Below are positions 1-8,408 of a DNA stretch of 64,000 nucleotides, one piece after another; position 1 is the first letter of the stretch; each line of letters opens with the position of its first letter. The position numbers and the translations under genes are program-made. Source of the stretch: Pachysolen tannophilus NRRL Y-2460 (Eukaryota); the NCBI GenBank assembly GCA_001661245.1, contig KV454013.1, positions 1,582,502 through 1,646,501 on the forward strand, given 5' to 3'. The notes beneath the pieces are model-generated. The model made no database searches, was not told the origin of the DNA, and saw nothing but the letters and a program-made list of their open reading frames with translations.

Positions 1-1
1 A

Positions 2-1228
2 CCAAATTCTGGGATTTTAGAAGAAACAGATTTTGCTAGTATTACTTTGAATGATTTTATAAAAATCCTTTTCAATTTAGGGATATTAAATAATAATAAT
101 AATAATAATAATAATACAGATTTATCTGAAAATTTTGATTCTAATGATAGATTAGAACATATTTCCGAATGTGTCAATGGAGTATTAGAAAAAATAAATC
201 AAATGGAAACTGATATACATTCAACAAGAATTGAATTGGATAATTCTAAAAATGATATTGAAATTATTAATTCTGAATTATTAGAATCAAAAAATTTTAT
301 AAGACAAAGTCTTGAAGAATTAAAACAAACAAAATATGAATCAAATCAATTAAGAGTTGAAGTTGAAAGTTTTAAAAAAGAATCAAGTGAAAAATTAAGT
401 CTTATAAGGACAAAATTGGATTTACTTTTACAAGTTTTCACTGGAAGTTGTACTGGTAGTACTAATGATAATATTTCTCAAAGACAAGAACTTGGGTTAC
501 AAGAAGAAGATAGAGTAGAAGAAATAGGACATGAAAAAGAATCTCAACAACAACAGCAGCAACAGATAGATGAAGAGCTATTGAATGTTCCAGTGGTGGA
601 AGGAGAAGGAGAAGGAGAAGGCTCTTCGTCTTCGATTTATCATCCGCCTCACGATGAAGAAGAAGACAATAAGGAACAACAACATAGGCAGCTGCAGCAA
701 CAGCTGCTGCTACTGCAGGAATTGTCTGAAACAGGCGTTTCCGCCTCAACTAGAGTGGAGCCTATTGCTCAATTGTCGCAACAGGCCCAGTATACCCAAT
801 ATAATCAATTTACCCAACAACAGCCTCAACAACAACTTCTGCAAGCGGTACAAGCTGTACAAGCTGTACAAGCATCAATGGGAGAAATTGAACAAGATAC
901 AGAAGAACCTTATAGATATGCCCTTTTAAAACAAATCACTTCGATAAGACAAATATGGGATGAATATGCATATGGACTCAATGGTGAGCCCAGTATAAAA
1001 TCTTTACAAATGAAGTTTAAAACAAAATGGCGATACCCAGAAGATGCAAGTACTTTTAAAAGAAGGAAAAGAATTTATAAAGCCATAGAAATAGCAATGA
1101 TGAATGGAATGACAGAGGAAAAACTGATCAGTGAGTTAGAAAACCACCGTTTGGCAAAAGAGGGGAACTACAGACGATCATTGCAATGGCTATGTGATAA
1201 TATACCTGACAAATTTAAAGGAGTTTAA
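2..1228 (+). CDS. GCR1_C-domain (Msn1/Hot1/Gcr1-family) putative transcription factor, array copy 1 (subtype A); 5'-truncated by window edge
   Basis: Frame is open from base 2 (PNSGILEETDFASITLNDF...), so the TTG at 47 is not the true start. Heptad coiled-coil, Q/E-rich linker, C-terminal YALLKQITSIRQIWDEYAYGLNGEPSIKSL...KWR...RRKRIY typical of GCR1_C. Confidence 0.8.
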   Translation, partial: PNSGILEETDFASITLNDFIKILFNLGILNNNNNNNNNTDLSENFDSNDRLEHISECVNGVLEKINQMETDIHSTRIELDNSKNDIEIINSELLESKNFIRQSLEELKQTKYESNQLRVEVESFKKESSEKLSLIRTKLDLLLQVFTGSCTGSTNDNISQRQELGLQEEDRVEEIGHEKESQQQQQQQIDEELLNVPVVEGEGEGEGSSSSIYHPPHDEEEDNKEQQHRQLQQQLLLLQELSETGVSASTRVEPIAQLSQQAQYTQYNQFTQQQPQQQLLQAVQAVQAVQASMGEIEQDTEEPYRYALLKQITSIRQIWDEYAYGLNGEPSIKSLQMKFKTKWRYPEDASTFKRRKRIYKAIEIAMMNGMTEEKLISELENHRLAKEGNYRRSLQWLCDNIPDKFKGV

Positions 1229-1404
1229 TAACAAATTTTTTTATTTTTTTATTTTTTAATTGGCAAAATTATCTTATTATATTTTATATCTTTTTAATCT
1301 AGATTTTTTTTTTTTTTTTAGGGAGATTATTATCATAATCATTATATATTCACGGCAAAAAGGATAAGATGCAACATTAATATTAATCAAGATGATTTAT
1401 ATCT

Positions 1405-1448
1405 ATCTAGCTAACTAGCTAGCTAGCTAGCTACATAGCTAGTTAGAT
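1405..1448. repeat. (TAGC)n-type microsatellite
   Basis: atctagctaactagctagctagctagctacatagctagttaga. Confidence 0.7.
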
Positions 1449-1652
1449 AATGGACGTATATCCCTTGGATACTAATACTATGCATGAAAAAGTGACTTAA
1501 AAATGGGTTTTTTTTTGTTTTTTGTTTTATAGTAGGGCAGCTAGGGGCAGCTGGGGGCAGTCTAGCGGGAACCACAGGCAACAATAGGCGGACACTCTGC
1601 GGAATAGGCGGTCTCCGTGCGGAATAGGCAGACCTGTCGGCAGACCCCTCGC

Positions 1653-1688
1653 GGACCTTACGGACCTTATGAACCTTATGGACCTTGT
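1653..1688. repeat. 4x 9-bp tandem repeat (GGACCTTAY) in a GC-rich block upstream of copy 2
   Basis: ggaccttac-ggaccttat-gaaccttat-ggaccttgt. Confidence 0.8.
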
Positions 1689-2046
1689 GCCGAATTATGG
1701 GCGGACATATTGCGCCCATCTTTGCGGCCGCTCCCAAATGTTCGGAGTTGGAATCTCTCGCCAAAAAGCTGGAAAAACAAGTGAAGCGAAAAAGAAAAAG
1801 AAAAAGAAAAAATAAAATAAAATAAAAAAAAAACTTTCGATAATAATAATAATAATAAAAATAATAATACCAATAATAAAACTAAGCGTTTAAGAGCGGT
1901 ACAATTAATATTAATTATAGGTTTTTTTTCATACAATAGAATAGGAAAAGTTGATGTTACATTATTAGGTTGTAATAATAGTAATAATATCCTTGCCCTA
2001 TTTATCTAACACCGCATTAGAATCAGATAACAACAACGAAAGGGCC

Positions 2047-2100
2047 TTTTTCATATTTTTCATATTTTTCATATTTTTCATAGTTTTCATAGTTTTCATA
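2047..2100. repeat. 6x 9-bp tandem repeat (KTTTTCATA)
   Basis: tttttcata x4, then gttttcata x2. Confidence 0.8.
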
Positions 2101-2221
2101 TTTCTGCTTTTTTTGCTTTTCGCTTTTTCTTTTTGCAATTATTTCATTATTTCATTATATTTTTTTTTCTTTTTTTTTTTTTTTTGGAATTTAATTTTTT
2201 TGTTAATTTGTTCACCAAGTA

Positions 2222-3625
2222 ATGTCCTCAACTGGAGATCAACTGGCTAGTGAATTATTATACAAATTATCCTCTTTAATGAATATCGGCAATGCCAATA
2301 TTTCCACAGTAAAATTGGCAGATTTTTTCAGACTTTTCCAGCAGCAACAAGATAACATGAGACAACTGGAGCGAGTTCGGGCTCAACAGAAAGGTGATGA
2401 AGATGAGAATGATGAAAATGACGGGAATGGAAATGGGGATGTGAATATGAATCGAAACCAAAATGAAACCGAGAGTATTCGAGGAGTAGTAGAAGAAGAA
2501 AAAGAAGAAGGTGAGGCTAGTGGTGGTGGTGGTGGTGCTAGTAGTGGTGTTAGTGGTGCTGGTGAAGCTAGTGAAGCTAATGTGGAGAATGAAAAAATAG
2601 AGAATACATACGAAGGCCGAGAAGTTTCTGCAAATAAGAATATATCATCAGGAAGAAATATTCCAACTACAGTTAGCGTTTTAGGGAAGTTAAGAGTGCT
2701 ATCAACAGAATTATCTCATACTAAATTGGAATTATCTGCTACTCGGAAAGACATGGAAATGACTCTGCTGAATCTTCTGGTAATTAGATCAGAGTTACAA
2801 CAATCTAGAAATGATTTACAACAATCAAGAATTGAAGTACAACAATCAAGAATAGAAAGTCAACATACAAGGTTGGATTTACAACAATTTAAAGTTGAAT
2901 CAAGAGATAATATTAAAGATTTGAATACTAAATTGGATCAATTGATCAATATGGGGAGTAATAATTTTAGTGGGTTATTTCAAACGATTGCCGATGGGTT
3001 AGATGAGTACATCAAGAATGGCGAATTCAGTACTGGTAGTGGTGGTACTACTGGTACAACTGGTAGTGCTGGTGCTTCGGCATATGTGACTGGAGCGGAA
3101 AATACCAGTTTCATCAAGCCTTCGTTGATTCCTCGGAAAAGAAGATCTCTCGACTATTCACAGCCGTCTACTAGGTCACCGTCGCCATCACTGCAGAATT
3201 CATATCGCCAAGGTAGTGAAGAACCCGTACACCACAAGAGTAATTCCACTACAAGTACAAATACAAATACAAATGTAAATACAAATGCAAATGCTTCCAA
3301 GAAACCACAAAGAGAACCAATGTATAGGTTAATAAGAGGTACAGACTCGATAAAGACAATTTGGGAAGAGTATGCACATGGAATCAATGGAGGACCTGCA
3401 ATAAGGGATTTGGAGTCGAGGTATCAACATAGATGGAGAGACGATAAAGAAAGATCCATCTTGGGTCATAGAAAGAAAATTTACGCAATGATTGAAAAAC
3501 TGATTGAAAATGGTATGGAGGAAAAAGAAGCTGTTGATTATTTAGATAATTATTTAACAAATGAATATGGGGAAAAAAAATCTTTTGCTTGGTTATTTGA
3601 AAATGTTCCTGAGGGTTTTAAATAG
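2222..3625 (+). CDS. GCR1_C-domain putative transcription factor, array copy 2 (subtype B)
   Basis: 467-aa ATG ORF; heptads QQSRNDLQQSRIEVQQSRIESQHTRLDL; basic PRKRR (possible NLS); C-terminal YRLIRGTDSIKTIWEEYAHGINGGPAIRDLESRYQHRWR. Confidence 0.85.
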   Translation: MSSTGDQLASELLYKLSSLMNIGNANISTVKLADFFRLFQQQQDNMRQLERVRAQQKGDEDENDENDGNGNGDVNMNRNQNETESIRGVVEEEKEEGEASGGGGGASSGVSGAGEASEANVENEKIENTYEGREVSANKNISSGRNIPTTVSVLGKLRVLSTELSHTKLELSATRKDMEMTLLNLLVIRSELQQSRNDLQQSRIEVQQSRIESQHTRLDLQQFKVESRDNIKDLNTKLDQLINMGSNNFSGLFQTIADGLDEYIKNGEFSTGSGGTTGTTGSAGASAYVTGAENTSFIKPSLIPRKRRSLDYSQPSTRSPSPSLQNSYRQGSEEPVHHKSNSTTSTNTNTNVNTNANASKKPQREPMYRLIRGTDSIKTIWEEYAHGINGGPAIRDLESRYQHRWRDDKERSILGHRKKIYAMIEKLIENGMEEKEAVDYLDNYLTNEYGEKKSFAWLFENVPEGFK

Positions 3626-4273
3626 AAAAACTAGACCCTACACACAAACACATTGTCTAGATAGATGATTATAACTACTAATAATAATACTACTAATAAT
3701 AATAATAATTAATAATAGTATCGGTAAATTTGCGTAGCTTTAGCTTTAGCTGTAGTTGTAGTTGAAACAGCAGTAGCTCCAGCAGCAGCTCCATTTGTTG
3801 CTCCATTTGTAGCAGGTGAAAATGCTCCATTTTCCAAAATTTTCAAATTTTTTCGCGGGCTCCAATTTTAAAAGAGAAAAAAAAGTGATTTTCAACGTGA
3901 GCGAGCGAGGCAAACGGAATCACCACCCGCCCACGTCAGCTGTTTTCTTTTACTAAAAAAAAAAAAGAAATACGTCCATTATTATAATAATTTTTTATAT
4001 TGAATTCAATATTTGAAACGGTATATATATAATTGAGCTTTGATCTATTGGCTATATATTTGTTGAAGTTAAAGGAAACAAGGATTGATAAAGGGTAAAT
4101 TTTGAATTAAATAAAAGAAAAAAAAAAAAATTTTTTTTTTTGTTTTTTTTTTTTTTAATTTCAATTTGAAATTGGATTTCCATTTAATTTTTGAAAAATT
4201 TCAAGTTTGTTTGTATTTTGATTTTGTAGAGTGTTTATCATTGGGAAGTTATCTAGTATAGGTTTGAAGTGGT

Positions 4274-4939
4274 ATGTCCAATTTGGTTTTGGGAAAGGAA
4301 CCGGGAATAAAGAATTTCAACGAGGAAGAAGATACAACAATGTCTCAAGGTCAGTCTCAGTCTCAGGCTCAGGCTCAAGGTCAAGCTCAGGCTCAAGGCG
4401 AGTCTCAGGCTCAAGGCCAAGGTCATGCTCATGCTCAGGAAAAGAGATTGAATGTTTTAGATGGTAATGGGAATATCGATTTGGCTGGAATAACTCTAGC
4501 TGATTTCTTAAAGATGATACTGAATCAAGGACAGCAGCATGTTCAAGGTGAAGGTCGGGTTACGTCTGTTGATAATGAGGATGAAAATTCTTTAGCAAGT
4601 CGAATTGGTGATTTTGAAAGACAACTTTCTGAAACAAAGTTGCAATTAAAACAGACAAAATTAAAACATGAAGGTTCTATTAAAGAATTAAATTTTACAA
4701 TTGAAGAATTACAAGCAACAAGACAAATTTTATTACAAAATAAATTTGAAATTCAAGAAAATAAAATTCAAAGTCAAAAGACAAGACTTGAATTACAAGA
4801 ATTACAAGAAACAACTTCGGAACAGATAAAGATGTTGAATGGGAAAATTGATCAATTATTAGCTTTAAATGATAGAAATTTTGATGGGTTACAAAGAAAT
4901 ATTATTGAAAATTTAAGTTCATATATGGGTGGAATTTCA

Positions 4940-4971
<32 letters not shown>

Positions 4972-6124
4972 TAATAATAGTAATAATAATTTAAATTCAA
5001 ATTCAAATGCAAGAGAACAATCTACACCAAGACAATGGTCGAAACAATACCAAAGTCAAAACTCGGATATTTATCATAGTAATAGTCATAGTCAAAGATT
5101 AACACCTGAAATGAGTAACTCATTGATTAGAGCCAATAGTAGTGGTCTTGGTAGTAGTAATAATAACAATGGATCAGAAAGAAGACTGAGTACTGAAGAA
5201 GAAAGTGGAGAATTTAAATATAAGATGGCAAAACCTTTAACAAATGTTAGACAGATTTGGCAAGAATATGAGTATGGTCTTAATGGACAACCTTCGGTTA
5301 AATCATTAGATCAGAAATATAAAAATAGGTGGAGATATAGAGGTGAAAATACAACTTATTTAAGAAGAAGAAAAATTTTTATTGCCATTGAAAATTGTAT
5401 TAGAGTTGGAATCAGTGAAGAAGATGCAATTAAGGCATTGGAAAGAATTAGAATTGATACAGATGGTAATAAGAGAACCATGGCATGGTTATTTGACAAT
5501 ATACCTGAAGGGTTTCCGGAAAGTTATTTTGGTATTGAGGAGGACAACGATAGACCACTGGTTGAAGAACTGGTTGAAGAACTGGACCAGGAACAGGATC
5601 AAGAAGATGACGACATTGTAGAGGAAGAAGAGAATGAAGACGGAGAGGAAATGGATGTAGATCAAGAACAAGAAGGAGAAGAACAAGATCAAGAACAACA
5701 AGAAGAAGAAGAAGAAGAAGAAGATGCTGAGCAGGAAGAAGAAGAGGAAGAAGAAGTTGAGCAGGAACAGCTGGATGTAGAAAACATAGAATACGAAGAC
5801 GACACCCAAGAACCGGAAAGTAATGGATCCAAATCCACCTCACAGGCTAACGGAGAATCAAAAGACCACCAAAAGCAAGAACAAAAGCAAGACCAACGTC
5901 TGTCAGATTCACTGGTGAAAAATGAAAGTAATGACAGTTTTTATTCAAAATTTCTCCGTGAAGCAAGAAACAAAGCTGCAGGAAACATATCAAACACAAA
6001 CACACCTCTTCCTGCCGCTTCTACTTCCACATCTACTGCCACTGCCACTACCACTGCAGCAGATGCAGCAGATACTGCAGATGCTACTGATACAACAGAC
6101 CACCAGCAGGAACACACCCAATAG
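4274..6124 (+). CDS. GCR1_C-domain putative transcription factor, array copy 3 (subtype A) with long acidic C-terminal tail
   Basis: 616-aa ORF; coiled-coil; YKMAKPLTNVRQIWQEYEYGLNGQPSVKSL...RWRY...RRRKIF followed by about 200 aa of E/D/Q-rich tail. Confidence 0.85.
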
Positions 6125-6347
6125 ACCGCTGGTTTCTATATATTTTATATGACTCAAAATTAAATCCATACAAAAAAGACGTGTAAACTCGACTCAAAAA
6201 GTGTAGGCCGTAGTGAAGTTCTAAACGTGATGATTTTGAGTGTAGAAAGAATGAAAGAATGAATGATTGGAAGGTCATTTATATGGAGGTTAGAGGTGAG
6301 ATAGATAAGCTTTCAATAAAAGGACGGGATTGATTTGTGGATTGGCT

Positions 6348-7745
6348 ATGTCGTCTGTGAATGGAGGTAATGGAACATGTGTTGGTAATCTGTCTGATAT
6401 AACAATAGGAGATTTTTTCAGGATGGTTAATTTAGGAGTTGCTTCAGGTTCGAATTATTTATCAATTTTAGGAAAGAATGGTGGTGTAATGAACACGTTT
6501 TCCCGACAAGGTGAAGATAATGTAGATGATCATGATAATGAAAATGAGAATTATGAAGAAAATGTTTTCTCAGAAGGTCCATTTGAAAGTAGTATTTCTA
6601 TAATTAAGAGAGAGATATTTACTAATAAAAATGAAATTCAGAATGCAAGAATAGAAATTCAAGAATCTAGAATTGAATCACAACAAACAAGATTAGATCT
6701 TCAAACTTTGAAAGTAAATTCAAGGCAAAGTTTCAATGAAATAAATAAGAAAATTGATAAATTGATGGAATCAAATAAGATTAAGACAACACAACTTGTA
6801 AAGATTATAATTAATAATTTTGGAGATCGATTGATTCATAATTATCACAATAGTACTAGTGGTAGTAGTCATAATAATCATCATTCTCATCAACATCATA
6901 ATCAGTATAATTCTTCCTCCAAGAGAAGACGATTAGGCGGTACTAGTACTGGTAGTGTTGGTGGTGGTGGAAATGGTTATGGGGGTAGTTATAATAATGA
7001 TGGTTTGGCAGATACTCCATTAACACCGACTGAAGAAGAATTATTAAATTTAACGGAACCAAACTTGCAGCCCCAATCGCATCATATTGAGTTTGATTCT
7101 CCAGAACAAACTAAGAGAAATGGGCATTTCTTAGATTTTGAAGATGATGAACAAGAAGAACAAGAGATTGAAGATGCCGATGATGGTGATGTCAATAACG
7201 GCGCTTTAAATATAGATCCAGACCATAAAGATAACGAAATCGGTGGTGATGATAACGATCATACCGTGACGGTTACTACTACTGCTGATGGTACAGCTAT
7301 CGGGGGGAAACATAAGGGAAATGACGGGAAACTGGACGAACCAGTAGCGTTTGATGAACTAGAACATCAGGATGGAACTACAGATATAGGTGAATTCCAT
7401 CAAAAATTAACCCAGCACCAACAAAAAAAATTACCTCTATATAAAATGATTAGAGGTACAGATTCAATCAAAGTCATATGGGAAGAATATACAAGAGGAA
7501 TCAATGGGAACCCTTCAGTAAAATCTTTAGAAGAAAAATACCATAACAAATGGAAAGATGACACGGAACGTAAATATTTTGGGTACCGCAAGAAATTATA
7601 CACCATTATTGAAAACATTATGCGTATACATAAAGTCTCAGAAGATGAAGCAGTAGATTGGGTAGAGAAATTTATTACAGATAATCTTGGAAATAAGAGA
7701 TCAATGACCTGGTTATACGAAAATATCCAAAGCGAGTACCGATAA
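6348..7745 (+). CDS. GCR1_C-domain putative transcription factor, array copy 4 (subtype B)
   Basis: First ATG at 6348 (MSSVNGG); coiled-coil QNARIEIQESRIESQQTRLDL; SKRRR; C-terminal YKMIRGTDSIKVIWEEYTRGINGNPSVKSLEEKY. Confidence 0.85.
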   Translation: MSSVNGGNGTCVGNLSDITIGDFFRMVNLGVASGSNYLSILGKNGGVMNTFSRQGEDNVDDHDNENENYEENVFSEGPFESSISIIKREIFTNKNEIQNARIEIQESRIESQQTRLDLQTLKVNSRQSFNEINKKIDKLMESNKIKTTQLVKIIINNFGDRLIHNYHNSTSGSSHNNHHSHQHHNQYNSSSKRRRLGGTSTGSVGGGGNGYGGSYNNDGLADTPLTPTEEELLNLTEPNLQPQSHHIEFDSPEQTKRNGHFLDFEDDEQEEQEIEDADDGDVNNGALNIDPDHKDNEIGGDDNDHTVTVTTTADGTAIGGKHKGNDGKLDEPVAFDELEHQDGTTDIGEFHQKLTQHQQKKLPLYKMIRGTDSIKVIWEEYTRGINGNPSVKSLEEKYHNKWKDDTERKYFGYRKKLYTIIENIMRIHKVSEDEAVDWVEKFITDNLGNKRSMTWLYENIQSEYR

Positions 7746-8408
7746 AGAAATATATATATATATATATATATATAAATATTTTTTAGATCTGTTTCATAAT
7801 TTTTTAACTTAATTTGCTATAGCTTTTTATACTTTAACTAAAATAAAACACTTGTAAAACCAAGTCAAACTGTAAAAATCAATACTTGAATTCACTCATA
7901 TAATCATCTAACATCTATCTATCTTCAAAAATTAGCCATTTATCAATCAACGGCCAACATTTCAAAAAGTGAAAAGTTTTTGCCATAGCAAAAAAAAAAA
8001 CACACTAAAAAAAAGGTGAAAAAAAAAAAAAATAGAAAAATTTAACAACCGTGTTCAAAGATTAAGAACAAGTTGATATTTTTAATTTATATTTAATTTG
8101 TGTTAGATTTGATCATCATTTTGGATTCATTTCTATTAGCTGCTTTGGAATAATCAGAGCTTACGAGAGAACTTGTGGTTGGTTTTTCTTTTTTTTTTTT
8201 CTTTTTTTTTCTTTTAAATTTAATTTATTTTATTTTTTAAAAAAGAAAAGAATTTGAAAAGAGAGAATTTGATATTGTTGAATTATATATAATAGAAATT
8301 ATTGTATATAATAAAAGAATTGATTTCTCTTAATTTTGAATTTCAAAAAATTTCCCATTAAAACTTGTTTTCAACTTCAATTCTTGATTTTTGCATTATT
8401 ATCATATA

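Noticed and set aside
1653..2100. CRISPR-like repeat array
   Set aside because: Eukaryotic context; repeats are contiguous 9-mers without spacers.
2..7745. Active Crypton or other mobile element
   Set aside because: No tyrosine-recombinase domain or terminal repeats seen; only GCR1_C plus coiled-coil.
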